Assembly: GCA_034780895.1 (NCBI GenBank)
Contig: JAUZTB010000069.1
Coordinates: 17,265,374 to 17,329,373 of the forward strand
Source of the DNA: Rhynchobatus australiae
Taxonomy: Eukaryota
DNA length: 64,000 bases
Direction of reading: 5' to 3'
Shown: positions 1-12,504 of the stretch, piece after piece
Layout: each line of letters starts with the position of its first letter
How positions within the stretch are numbered: position 1 is the first letter of the stretch
Notes under the pieces: generated by a model
What the model was told of the DNA's origin: nothing
What the model saw: only the letters and a program-made list of their open reading frames with translations
Database searches by the model: none
Program-made: the position numbers and the translations under genes

Positions 1-99
1 ATGTAGGGAATTTGAATAAAAGTTGCCGCACCAAATATGCAAGTAACTTGTTTCATTTGTGAAATTTCTACACAAGCTTTGTGTTTAATTCTTTCTCAG

Positions 100-317
100 G
101 TCACTTTGCCAGTGAAGATGTGAAAACCAAATTAAATGACTTAAATCAAAAATGGGATTCCTTAAAAGCTAAGGCGGCACAGAGACGCCAGGATTTGGAA
201 GATTCACTGCAGGCTCAGCAGTACTTTGCTGATGCTAATGAGGCAGAGTCCTGGATGAGGGAGAAAGAGCCTGTTGTTGGCAGCATTGACTATGGAAAAG
301 ATGAAGATTCTGCTGAA
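100..317 (+). CDS. SPTAN1: SPTAN1 exon (GHFASEDVK...GKDEDSAE), 218 nt
   Basis: ttctcag acceptor, gtatgg donor; spectrin-repeat peptide in ORF 81..428. Confidence 0.96.
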
Positions 318-404
318 GTATGGCTCTTTGATTCTACAAATAAAGAATGTCATGCAAGCTCCTTGGATCCACAAAGCTGGGGGGTTGGGGTGGAATGTGC
401 ATTG

Positions 405-1205
405 TGTAAAGGATGCAAAGGACTCTAAAGTGGTTTGGCCAGTTGGGTGAGTGGGCAAATGCATGGCATATTGAGTGCAGTGTAGATAAATATGAGCTTT
501 GATTATAAAACCAGGAAGACATTATTATCTGAATGATGATAGATCGAGAAAAGAGCAAGTGCAACAAGATCTTGGATATCCTTGTACCTGGATGCTGAAA
601 GCAAATGTTCAGATACAGTAGGCAATTAGGAAGGCATATACTACAGTAGCCATCATTTCAAGATGATTCAACTACAGGCAAGGATATAATGTTGTGTCTG
701 CACAGGGTCTTCAGGAGACCTTGTACAGCTGCAGCAAAAGTTGTGTGTGTGCAGATTTGGACTTTTTAATGTGAAGGATGTTCTTGCCATGGAGGGATGC
801 AACAGAAGTTTACTAGACTGATTCCTAAGATGATAGGACTGACATATGAGAAAAGATTGGGTTGATTAGGCCTATATTCACTGGAGTTTAGAAGAATGGG
901 AGGAGATCTTGTAGACTAACGATATATAGGGGAGATATTTTTGATAACTGAAGTGTGCAGAATCAGGTCACATGGTCACTCGGTCCATAGTATGCAATTT
1001 AGAACTTGGATTAGGAGAAATATCTTCACCCAGAGCATTGCAAACCTGTGAATTCTTTATTACAGAAGACGGTGGAAGTTAAGTCATTAAATGTATTTAA
1101 GGTGGAGCTAGATATATTTCTTCATGCTAAAGGGAAAAAGGAATAGGATGAATAGGGTACTGAGATGGATGATAAGCCATACTGGCCTCTTCCTGCTCTT
1201 TATTT
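405..1205 (+). mobile_element. CR1-type LINE 3' fragment, degenerate
   Basis: gagtgggcaaatgcatggca, ggagtttagaagaatg...gatct, tail ggcctcttcctgctc. Confidence 0.75.
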
Positions 1206-1948
1206 CATACGTATCTGTAACTTGGTGTGAAACAATTTTCTATTTCTGTTCTTTTCATCAAATCTGTATTGTAGATTATATTGCCTTAAAAAAGAAATGT
1301 TCACTGAAGGTGAACTGCACTGGCAAGTCCAGCATTTATTGACCTGCTTAATCACCTGCTTGATAAGAATAATTTAGTAAACACCTTCCATGGAGAGTTG
1401 AGAGTATGGATCTGGAGCTAAAGGCTAGATCTTTTTGGATGAATAGTGTCAGCTGAAAAAATGGGAAGTTAAAATTGGGAGAGATGTAACGTGCATAACT
1501 GATCCGTAATCACTATCATCCAAGATCAAAGTTGTCTCTGCTGTAGTACATTTCCAACAGTGTCAGTGATTCACTAGGATGACATTGCGTCTGATGCAGG
1601 CAGTTCAGTTTCAGGCAGCATTAGAACCAAATCTGAGACTTTTTAACTAAAAGCCACATGAATGTCTCCAACAGAATTTCTGTGTAATGATCAGGAATGA
1701 GAAAACTATCTGTTCTTCATTTCATAACCAAATTGGCATCTGCTTGGCCCCTACCATTGTGCCCTGAATAGAGGAACTAACTTATTGTAATTGAGAATTA
1801 GACTGGTGAAATCTTGTGAAGGCCTCATTTAATTGTTTGTTAAAATGGATGAGAAATGTCATTCTCAATCATTATCCTATTTCTCCAGTGCATGCACTGA
1901 AATTTTTGTTTAGATGGTACTAAAGAAATATTTTATTTTTCGTTCTAG

Positions 1949-2041
1949 GCCCTATTGAAGAAGCATGAAGCTTTGATGTCTGATCTAATTGCATATGGAA
2001 GCAGCATTCAGGCATTGAAGGAGCAGGCTCAAGGATGTCGT
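1949..2041 (+). CDS. SPTAN1: SPTAN1 exon (ALLKKHEALMSDLIAYGSSIQALKEQAQGCR), 93 nt
   Basis: ttctag/gtaagg; manual translation. Confidence 0.95.
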
Positions 2042-2118
2042 GTAAGGAATTCTAAACTTTTAACCATATTGAACAAATTCTGTTGCATACTAAAGCCACA
2101 ATAAAAAATACTTGTTAA

Positions 2119-2828
2119 ACATAAGAACGCAAGGAATTGGAGCAGGAGTAGGCCATCCGACCTATCGAGCCTTCCCTGCCATTCGATAAGATCATGGCTG
2201 ATCTGACCTTGAACTAGGATCCACCTACCTGCCTTTTCCCAATGACCCTTAATTCCCCTACTGTGCAAAAATCTATCTAACTGTGGCTTAAATATATTTA
2301 ATGAGGTAGCCTCNNNNNNNNNNNNNNNNNNNNNNNNNNNNNNNNNNNNNNNNNNNNNNNNNNNNNNNNNNNNNNNNNNNNNNNNNNNNNNNNNNNNNNN
2401 NNNNNNNNNNNNNGTAGCCTCTATTGCTTCCCTGGGAAGAGAATTCACTATTTTCTGGGAAAAGCAGTTTCTCCTCATCTCTGTCCTAAATTTATTTCCC
2501 TGAATCTTGAGGCTATGTCCCCTAGTTCTAGTCTCACCTACCAGTGAAAACAACCTTCCTGCATCTATTTTACTTATCCCTTTCATAATTTTGTATGTTT
2601 CTATTAGATCCTCTGTCCTGAATTCCATTGAATATAGTCCTAGGCAACACAATCTCTCCTCATAGGCTAACCCCCCATCTCTGAAATCAACCTGGTGAAC
2701 CTCCTCTGCATCACCTCAAAGCCAGTATATCTATCTTCAAGGAAACCAGAACTGCACACAGTGCTCCAGATGTGGCCTCACCGGTACCCTGTACAGTTGC
2801 AGCATAACCTCCCTGCTCTTAAATTCAA
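2119..2828 (-). mobile_element. CR1-type LINE 3' end
   Basis: ORF 2029..2652 gives DLIETYKIMKG...TRTRGHSLKI...FRTEMRRNCFSQ, typical CR1 ORF2 C-terminus, plus 3' UTR. Confidence 0.88.
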
Positions 2829-2867
2829 AAGCAAGCTGGAAGACCTTTAGTCACTAATTTACTTTAG

Positions 2868-3086
<219 letters not shown>

Positions 3087-3192
3087 TGATAGGAAATTGT
3101 GTGGTGGTATTTTCATCTGCTGCATTCACATAAAGAAACAATATAAGCAAATTCATCTTTCATTACCTAGAGTGTGTGATTGATGGGGGAAG

Positions 3193-3290
3193 AGATTTAT
3201 AAGATATCTTTATTAGTCACATGTACATCAAAACACACAGTGAAATGCATCTTTTGCGTAGAATGTTCTGGGGGCAGCCTGCTAGGTGAT
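3193..3290. repeat. Short interspersed repeat end (taagatatctttattagtcacatgtacatc...)
   Basis: Recognised from memory as a frequent elasmobranch repeat terminus; family not assigned. Confidence 0.45.
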
Positions 3291-3699
3291 TTGCTAGGTA
3301 ATGCACTTCTGTTTTCTCAGTATCTTACTTAATTGCATTATCAGTTGATAATAGCAAGCATATCACATTCAGCTTTAACTAAAAGCAGAAGATTTAACTA
3401 CTTTGTCTTTGGAGACTAGCTCTGAAGTCTTTAATGCTCTAAGGAAATGGCATTGTATTTTCAATTTACAGTTGTAGTATTAAAAAGGCACTTGGGGCAA
3501 TGATGCATTCTATAGTGAATTTTGTAATGAATATGGGTCTACTTTATTCAGACATGCGTGACCTTATTATGGGTAAAACTATGTCCTATCCACAATAGGC
3601 AGGGCCTGTAAAAGCCAGTTTGACTAAGAATCACTTCCTTCAGGGCTAGGGTACCTTAATGTGCAGCTGCTGATGTTTGCCCTTGATTTTATTATGAAG

Positions 3700-3848
3700 G
3701 ATTGGTGGAAAGTGGAAGTGAATGATCGTCAGGGGTTTGTTCCTGCTGCCTACGTTAAGAAATTGGACCCAGCGCAAAGTGCATCACGTGAGAATTTGCT
3801 GGAGGATTCAAGCAGTATTGCAATACGTCAGGAACAGATAGAAAACCA
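3700..3848 (+). CDS. SPTAN1: SPTAN1 exon, SH3 C-terminal half ([21 protein letters not shown]...QEQIENQ)
   Basis: aag/gtaagt; WW and [10 protein letters not shown]3 motifs. Confidence 0.97.
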
Positions 3849-6114
3849 GTAAGTAACTAAACCTGCCGTTCTAACACCAGGCTTTTTTTTTAGAGAAGCA
3901 GCAATTCAGTACTGAGCACTACGTATTTTGGTGGTTAGATTTAGTACTTCTGTTTTGTGTTGGTGATTCGCCAGACCTTTGTTCGTCGTGGCTGCTGTTC
4001 ATTCTTTTGAAGTGGTATGCATCTTGTGTTTTATTTTATACATAGGAAGAATTGGTTGAGATTGGCAAATTTTGAGTGTGATGGCTGGTATGAAAATTGT
4101 GCAGGACTTTGGGGGAAAAGCAGGAGAACGATCCTAATGTGGTAGCTCTTTCAAAAAACCTGGCACAGACTTAATGAGCCAAATGGTCTTTCTTTTTGTG
4201 TTGAATGATTCATGATATAGTATCTTTGCATCATTCCTGTGCGTTTTATTTTTTTCATGTCAATCCTTTCCCTTCTTGCATAAAGTTAATGACCTGTAAT
4301 GAGTTATATGAGTTGAATTTTAAGGGTGCATGCATGTAGGATGTAGTGCAAGTGGCCACTTCTGTGTATTAATTGAACTGTGTGTCACCCCCCAAACAAC
4401 TGTTATTGCACCAAATGCTGATCATAAACATCAATGAATTTCTGGCATGACATGACTTCAGATCTGTTGGTTCTCTCGTGTTAACCAATTTCTTGATGTT
4501 CCTCAGTACAGTCTGNNNNNNNNNNNNNNNNNNNNNNNNNNNNNNNNNNNNNNNNNNNNNNNNNNNNNNNNNNNNNNNNNNNNNNNNNNNNNNNNNNNNN
4601 NNNNNNNNNNNNNNNNNNNNNNNNNNNNNNNNNNNNNNNNNNNNNNNNNNNNNNNNNNNNNNNNNNNNNNNNNNNNNNNNNNNNNNNNNNNNNNNNNNNN
4701 NNNNNNNNNNNNNNNNNNNNNNNNNNNNNNNNNNNNNNNNNNNNNNNNNNNNNNNNNNNNNNNNNNNNNNNNNNNNNNNNNNNNNNNNNNNNNNNNNNNN
4801 NNNNNNNNNNNNNNNNNNNNNNNNNNNNNNNNNNNNNNNNATGCAATGAGGAAAGATTAAAGGGGCTCAAAAGGAATATGAAATAAAAGTTGCATATGAA
4901 CAGCTGAAGAAAGTGACGTGGAGAATCTGACAGTAAAACATGTGAGATACTAAATGACTAACTTACCTTGGCTATCACATGTTTCAACACACGTGATAAT
5001 GTCAGGCATAGTTAAATGTAACCATAACAGAGTAGTATTGAAAAAGTTAGTGATATGTGTATGCAGTATAATCCTATGCATCCTGATATGCTGAGTGAAA
5101 CCAGAGAAATAGCATTGATTTTGAACATCTTTGTCAAAAATGCTTGTATATGGAATTTGTGTTCAACCACCTACATTCCCTCAATAGTTAAGATGGAATT
5201 ACATTGGATGGCACTCATTAGTAGTGGTGAAGCTTAAGGTAACCTTGATATAGGATAATATTGTCAATAAGAGACTAGAAAAATGTAGGATTCTTTTCAT
5301 TCAAATAGAGTTCTTATAAAAGTGTTCAAAGTTGTGAAAGGTTTCAATAAGGTAAATTGGAGAAAAATTAGTTCCCTTAACTGACAAGGGGTCATGATCA
5401 AAAGAACAAAGGGAGGGTGATTGGAGATGGGATGCCCTGAAACAGTTTTCAAAATAAACTGTTACAGTAACTGTGAAAAGGGAAATGGATTAATATTCAA
5501 AAAATACAAGTTTTACTTGACAAGCATAGGCCAGAAATCTGGTTCATGTACAAAGGCCTGATGCCTCATCTTGTGCTAGTTAAAAAAAATTCTGATGCTT
5601 GATGCAAATATACTGCTTGCATTAAATATCTAACTCTCATTTCTGCACGATTTCTCTCTATAGCTTTTCCAGGTTTGAAGAATATGCAGGCCACCATCNN
5701 NNNNNNNNNNNNNNNNNNNNNNNNNNNNNNNNNNNNNNNNNNNNNNNNNNNNNNNNNNNNNNNNNNNNNNNTTGGTTAGAAGGAAGCACTTTGACAGTGC
5801 CTGCCAACTTGTATTAATTCAGTTCAGAGAGAGGGAAATGATGAATTCTTGATGCAAATTGCATGAGTGTTTAATGGTTTCTTTATAGGTTCTTAAAAAA
5901 AACTTTTTTTTTGCTGGCTAGATCAGTTGCTTGTAACTAATCAAACCTCAGTCATTATCTGCTGCTTGTCTGCTTGCACCTATTGATCTTGAATCTTCCC
6001 TAGATCCTTGCTGATTCTTACCATGTACTACTAATTTTCCTTTTTTCAACAGTTGCTTTAAGCCATTAATCCACTAATGATGCATGCTGTGCTCTGCTCC
6101 CTTTGTCTGTCCAG

Positions 6115-6174
6115 GGCTCTGCTAGCTAAGGAGGTTGGCAGCGTTGTGCTCCGTATGAAGCAGGTGGAGGAATT
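6115..6174 (+). CDS. SPTAN1: SPTAN1 alternative 60-nt SH3-insert exon (ALLAKEVGSVVLRMKQVEEL)
   Basis: tgtccag/gtgagt, phase 2-2 symmetric; resembles the mammalian 20-aa insert TRITKEAGSVSLRMKQVEEL. Confidence 0.92.
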
Positions 6175-7649
6175 GTGAGTAGGCACGGCTCTTCCTCACT
6201 TGATGTGATCTCTCTGCACTTCCATTCACTTTCAGACTGCATTTTTGCTGGTGCTTGTGGACACTGGATGAATCTTCTAAATATTTTGCTAGCTTGAAGG
6301 ATTGAATTGCTATGAAATGGGACACCTATACACTCCGGTCTTAGTGGATGGGGGTGGTGTTTTTTTTCTCTCTTTTTAACTGATGAGAGTGGCATGAAAG
6401 TTAGTAAGCCTGACCATTTTGGATGCGTGTCTCTTTTAAAATTATTCGTTTGTTGATTTCCAGCCAATGCTGCAGGTAGCACATTCTTCTGCTTAAGTTA
6501 CTTGAAGGAACAAAGCATTCAATCATTTGGATTCATTTTGTTTATCTTCACTGTGCAGAAAAAGATAATTGCAGGCTGTTTGTGAGTATTGTGTAGTTGG
6601 TTTGGTGAGATAATGTGAAATTGTTAGATATCTTGGTAAGTGAAAGTTATCATTTGGCACACTGATAGGAAATAAAAACCAAAGTTGACCAATCCTTAAT
6701 AAAGCTATTGAACAAGCAATGTATTTTGATGATTTTGGATGAAGAACTTTAGTTACTCTCCCTAAAACTTTGAACTTTGCTCTAGGTAAATGCATTATAT
6801 CTATCAGTAAGTTACTTGAATTAACGAAGATTTGAATTGCTGTATTTGTGCTGTTATCCTAATACAAAATAACAAACTCATTTGAATCCTGACAGTTATG
6901 CCCATATAAAATCAGTTCTTAATGCATCCAGTGACCATAATAGTTCCTTATTATTTTAAAATTAATTTGAGTTTGGTTCTCTGTAGTTATCAAAAATAAA
7001 ATCAAAAATGCAGTATTTAAGAAAAGTGAAAAGTAACTTTTTAGCGTGAAGGGAAAAGTAGCTGTTCGTGTGTTTCACTCAATTCAAGGGAATTATAAAA
7101 ATCTAAGTTCATGGAGAACCTGCNNNNNNNNNNNNNNNNNNNNNNNNNNNNNNNNNNNNNNNNNNNNNNNNNNNNNNNNNNNNNNNNNNNNNNNNNNCAA
7201 TCTGTAGTGTTGTGGAAACCATTGATAGTGAATTCATCGGTGGCTTCAGGAGGAATTGGATAAATAACTAGATAAATAGAACAATTTGCAGGGTTACAGG
7301 GTAAGAGGGGGAAGTGGGATTGATGGAATTGTTTTACTTGGATGTAGCATAGACAGTGCATCAAATGGCTTACTCCTTGATTTGTAATAATTTTGATTCT
7401 ATGCAATACAGGCAGCTTGGAGGATTTAAGATTTTGTTGATGAAATCCCTGGAACACCTATTTATTGTGATTCCAAAAGCATCCACTTTGAATGAACTTT
7501 TTGATTTTAATAATAAAGAATGCTTTTGGCATTTTCAAAACAGGACTGATTTATGTAAACTATTTAAAAAGCTCTGGACGGGAGGATAGTGGTAGTGATG
7601 TGAAGTAATGCAAAATTCCACTGTGAAATGAGGCTGAAGGTATTTGTAA

Positions 7650-7790
7650 TATAAAAGGACAAAAGCTGGAAGTACTCAATGGGTCTAGCAGCATCTGTGA
7701 AAAGAGAAATAGTTAATGTTTCATGATGAAGACCCTTCATCAGAACTATTGGAAGTTGTAAAGAGAATGGGGGTAATAGAAAGCTGAAAT
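7650..7790 (-). mobile_element. Penelope-like element terminal (pLTR-derived) fragment
   Basis: gctggaagtactcaatgggtctagcagcatctgtg...gacccttcatcag; same family at about 12510, 32210, 35620, 41105, 43550, 46520, 47090. Confidence 0.65.
7708..7750 (-). ncRNA. Minimal type-I hammerhead ribozyme-like motif within a Penelope-derived terminus
   Basis: Minus strand: AATAGTT-CTGATGA-agggtcttcatcat-GAAAC-ATT-AACTATT; both conserved core boxes, perfect 7-bp stem I, imperfect stem II. Confidence 0.6.
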
Positions 7791-8050
7791 TCATTCTGTA
7801 AGTATATACATCACTCCTTGAGTCTTAAATGCAATGTTGCTTCAGTGTATGCCTAACTAACATGCAAACAATTATTAATGGGTCAGCATTTTTTTCTTTT
7901 TGACATCTTTATCAGATTTCATGTATTTATGAACTTTTGCTGATGTTGTACGTTCAGATAGATTAACTTTGTGTTGTCGTTGCCTTCCGTTTAAATGGTT
8001 GAGATTGCCAGTTGCTGTAGAATGATTTTTGTTTCTCATCTCTTCTTCAG

Positions 8051-8249
8051 ATACCAGTCGATTCTAGAACTGGGCACTAAGCGGAAGGATATGCTGGAAA
8101 AGAGCTGCAAAAAGTTTATGCTTTTCCGTGAAGCCAATGAATTGCAGCAGTGGATCAATGAAAAGGAGGCAGCGTTGACCAGTGAAGAGGTGGGGTCTGA
8201 TCTGGAACAAGTGGAAGGACTGCAGAAGAAGTTTGATGATTTCCAGAAA
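8051..8249 (+). CDS. SPTAN1: SPTAN1 exon (YQSILELGTKRKDML...KKFDDFQK)
   Basis: ttcttcag/gtaagc; ORF 7995..8279. Confidence 0.96.
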
Positions 8250-9339
8250 GTAAGCACTATTTCTGAATTACTCTGGTAGTGGAGGAGGAAGGGAAACCTC
8301 CAAATCATAACCTAGGTATGAATACCGTAGTTTTTGCATTTTTGGCCACTTAGTACATCAACTTGATGGCTAAGTGCTTGTTTCAAATTTTATTTGTTTT
8401 ACTCTGAATGAAATGAAATTTAGAAATCTTAGTTTTTATTTTTAATATTTTCTCACCAGCTTTTAAACATGAATGGTCTTTGAAAAGTTATACATCCTCC
8501 CTTCTTTGTGCCAATTTCCCTGGCCCTTCTTAAATGTGCTGTCTTGTGATTGTGCACGAGTGCCCTCCACGTTTTCCCAATTTCTATTTATTTACTTGGC
8601 GGTTACAAGGCAGTACCTTGATTCTTAGCAGGTTACCATGTGGTGGGTGACTTCACTACCTGATGTAACCCTTGTCTATGTGCTTATTCTTATGATGTAG
8701 TTTCTGGAGCAGGGGCCCTCATTGATTCCCTAACCTTACCACTTTAACTTGCTGCCATCTTTGTGCAGATGAGGGTTTAATCTAGGACCTTCATGTCCAT
8801 GGGAATCTATCTATCTGTTGGGAATTGTCAAATTAATGCAGCAGTAGAGTGGTAAAAATATAACATAAATTCAGTGGTATAACCGAGCTCTATGAAGTGC
8901 TAATCTGTTACCACAAGATATTTTAAGAGATATTCACCTTTTCACAAATAGAATATTCTGAAATGATTTCTGGAGGAGGTAGGAAAAGAATACCCTTTGT
9001 TCAGTAGCATCCTGAACCTGAAAAGCTTATCAATCTTGTCAACTGGAAGCAAGAGCCCTAAAATTATTAGGGAAGTGTAGTTCAAAGAAGCTGTTTTTGG
9101 CTTACGTGAACGTGTAAGAGAAAAAATGTGCTTTCTGCTTCTGTAATTCATATATTTCAGTTGTTGTCAACCATAGGCCAACTCCTTGACTCTATTGCTA
9201 TCTTGCTTTCTCCTCTTAGCACATTTTCTGGTTCAAATGTTTATCCAGTTTCCTGCTTGTGGCAATATTGATGTGATCATGACATATAAAATGTTGTTCA
9301 GATCAATGAAGTTGTTAATTTAGGCAATTTATTTTTAAG

Positions 9340-9438
9340 GATCTGAAAGCCAATGAATCTCGCTTGCAAGATATTAACAAGGTGGCAAATGATCTGGAGT
9401 CGGAGGGTCTGATGGCTGAAGAAGTACAAGTAGCTCAG
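9340..9438 (+). CDS. SPTAN1: SPTAN1 exon (DLKANESRLQDINKVANDLESEGLMAEEVQVAQ)
   Basis: tttaag/gtaatg; manual translation. Confidence 0.95.
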
Positions 9439-9731
9439 GTAATGTAGCATTTCATTCNNNNNNNNNNNNNNNNNNNNNNNNNNNNNNNNNNNNNNNNNNN
9501 NNNNNNNNNNNNNNNNNNNNNNNNNNNNNNNNNNNNNNNNNNNNNNNNNNNNNNNNNTCACACCTCAGTAATACCTTGTCAAGCCAGATGAGTACTATTT
9601 ACAAACTCAAAATTATTTCTCAAGTATTAGGGTTTTCATTTGTATGTCTCAGCAGTATACCTGAATACCCTCTCCTGTTCTGTCTTTGGTTTATTTTGCC
9701 ACTGTTTGTTCTATGTGCAGAAGGAACACAA

Positions 9732-11200
9732 AAACATAAGGAATAGGAACAGGGGTAGGCCATCTACTCCATTTTAACATGATCATGGCTGATTCAATGT
9801 TGGCCTCATCGTCACTTCTCTCTCCTCATACTCCCTTAACTTGCTTGCAGTTCAGAAATCTGTTGGTCTTCATCTAGAATGAATTTGATGGCTCTGCCTC
9901 CACAGCTCACTCATTTAATCTAACCTTGCCCATTTTGGAGGCTCTTTTGTGCCCTCCTCACAACTTGCTAATCTACCTATCTTTGTATCATCAAATTTGG
10001 CTCAAGTCATCAATATAGATTATAATATAGTTGAGGCTCCTGCACTGATCCTTGTGGCACCCCACTAGTTACTGATTACTAATCTGAAATTGACCCTATC
10101 ATCCTGACAGTTTTTTCTGTCAGTTAGCTGATATCCTGTCTGTGTCAATATATTGTCCCAGCCCCATGCTCTATATTTGGCATCTTAATTAATGCCTTCT
10201 GGAAATCCAGGTACACCACTGATTCCTCATCTTCAAGGAACCTTGGCAGATTTGTCAAATATGATTTCTCCATGAAAGAACAATATTTACTACTAGATTG
10301 TCTTATGATTTTTTTAAATGTCCTGTGATTTACCCCCTTGATAAGGGATTCCATCATTTTCCAACGATAGATGTCAGACTAATTGGCCAGTTTCCTGCTC
10401 TCTGTCTCATTCTTGAATGTTGGAATTGCATTTGAGTTTTATCTGTTCTCTGGGATTCTAGAATGGAAGGATTTTGGTAGATTGCAACAAAGCATACATA
10501 ATCTTTACAGCCACTTACTTTAAGACCTTAGGATACAAGCTATCAGAGCCAGGGGAGTTGTCAGCTTTAATTCCCATTAGTTTGATCAGTATTCTTTTTT
10601 TAAAATTGATAAAGATAGTTTTAACTTTTTCCCTCCTTGCAGAGCCTTCTTATTTGTTATTATTTGATCTTTTAAGTGTCTTCCATTGTAAAGGCAGATC
10701 TAAACTAATTATTTAGAATTTCTGACTTTTTCTCTCTTTCCGTTTTATTAATTCCTTAGTCTAGTCCGCTAATATTTATTTTATCTACTGTCTTTTTGTA
10801 TTGCTGTAGAACCTTCTGCTTACTGTCTTGATTTTCTATTATTTGTTAGTTTACTCTCTTGTTCTTCCTCTTGTAATTTTAGTAATATTTTGCTGGTTTC
10901 TAAAATTCTCTGGCCTCTACTAATCTTTACAAAAGTGTATGTCTTTCAATTAGATGCCAACCTTAATTCACTTAGTTAGCCATGGATAATGCATCCTTCT
11001 TGTAGAGCCTTTCGTTCTCACTGGAATAAACTTCTTCAGATTTGTGATGTGTCTGTCTCTAAATGTCTGCTGCTGCTGCTATCTACTGCCCACATACCTC
11101 TCCATTTGGCTTTATTTATGTTTAGGGCAAAGGTTTCAGATCCAAGCTGAATTTGTAACTTTACCATGCTATAATCCCTTTTCAAAGGAATCCTTAACTA
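9732..11200 (-). mobile_element. CR1-type LINE fragments, degenerate
   Basis: ORF 10145..10357 VVYLDFQKALIKMP (RT motif); 3' tail aacataaggaataggaacaggggtaggcc. Confidence 0.8.
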
Positions 11201-11729
11201 TATAATCAGATTAGATTAGAGCTTCAAGTCTTTCTGTATTTGGCCGGTTCTCTGCTGTCCCTCCTGTTTGGTGTCATCAGCACGCTTGGAGGTTTTTAAC
11301 TCTTTTTCTTTTAATTCATTTAGTTTATATATAAGAAACAGCTGCAGGATGATCTCTATTCCCCACTATTTACAATGTTGGCTCTTCCAGGGAAAAATTG
11401 CTTTGCAGCTTCTGCTTTACTCAATGTTATACCTGTAGTTTGCTTTCCATTTGCTAAAGCTAGTCCTGTAAAGTATGGTAATAAATGTTGTTCTGTATTT
11501 CCTGTTGAAAGACTTGTTTTTATTGGAATTCACATTTCCTGTTTTGCTGCTATCTGTGTCATTTCTGGAATCCAGGTGAGGAGGAAACTTCAACTCTGAT
11601 AAACCATCTTTTTCTTGGATTTTAAATTAGATATTGGTGTCCTTCAAATTTGTCTTTCGCCAGTAGATTTGGAGTCTTGAACCAGTTACCTATTTATCTG
11701 TGAATTTTTTTTGTCGTTCCTTTTTTCAG

Positions 11730-11768
11730 GAACAACATGTTCTATCATCTGCTCCTGGAGTTGTCAAG
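11730..11768 (+). CDS. SPTAN1: SPTAN1 39-nt exon of the calpain-site insert (EQHVLSSAPGVVK)
   Basis: Long polypyrimidine tract + cag, donor aag|gtatga, phase 0-0, positioned where mammals encode EVYGMMPR; peptide divergent. Confidence 0.75.
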
Positions 11769-12504
11769 GTATGAACCCTAATATTTAAATGAGTTAATTA
11801 TATGAAGGAGAAACATCATTTGTATTATTTGCAGCAGTTAACTTGGCTATAAATTGTAGCAGCATAGTTTCAATCTATAGACTGATATAAACAAGAGGAA
11901 TGAGTGTAGAAATTCTAATGCATTCAAAGGTCTGTGGGCCATAGATTACATTGTTCATGGGTTCCTTGCTGCAAACTTCGATTGCATGGAGGATGAAAAA
12001 ATGGCCTGTGGTCTTGGGGTTGTTAAGTGTGTGGCTATGAGTCTGTGCCCATGATTGAAGCACTATACTGTGATAATGGGATTGTTGGGGAGCGATTGGT
12101 TTTGTGGGGGGAAGAAAAGGATTGGGCCAGTCTTTTGATTAGAAATTAGGGAAGTGGGATCAGGACAGACCAATTTTCAGTAGAGTGCAGGAGAGAAATT
12201 AAAAACCTGTGCTATCACTTGTGGCGTGGGCTTGTAGTGTAAGGGATTGGGGTCCAGGATTGGGCTAGTGGTGGGGAGGTGAATTTGGGATAGTCACCAT
12301 TGAGAAGGTGCGTGTTGGGCAATCAGAGTGTCTGTGCCGGGGCCTTGGGAGATCATAGTATTAGGGCTAGGGATTCAGAGAGATAGTGGGAAATATGTAG
12401 AAGTGGTATTGTGGTCAGTATAATGTGATTGTGCAACAGGTAAACCTGGCCAGAACAGTTTTAAGGTAAATGTGGAACTTTGCTGACATGGGTCCAAATC
12501 TAAC

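Noticed and set aside
4478-4930. Acceptor-like ttcctcag at about 4506 before a 325-N gap, and ORFs across it
   Set aside because: Only 9 nt are visible and all frames stop shortly after the gap with no clear donor; cannot be supported.
6380-6405. Plus-strand CTGATGA-gagtggcat-GAAA resembling a hammerhead core
   Set aside because: No stem II or stem I pairing and no similarity to the Penelope terminus; likely chance.
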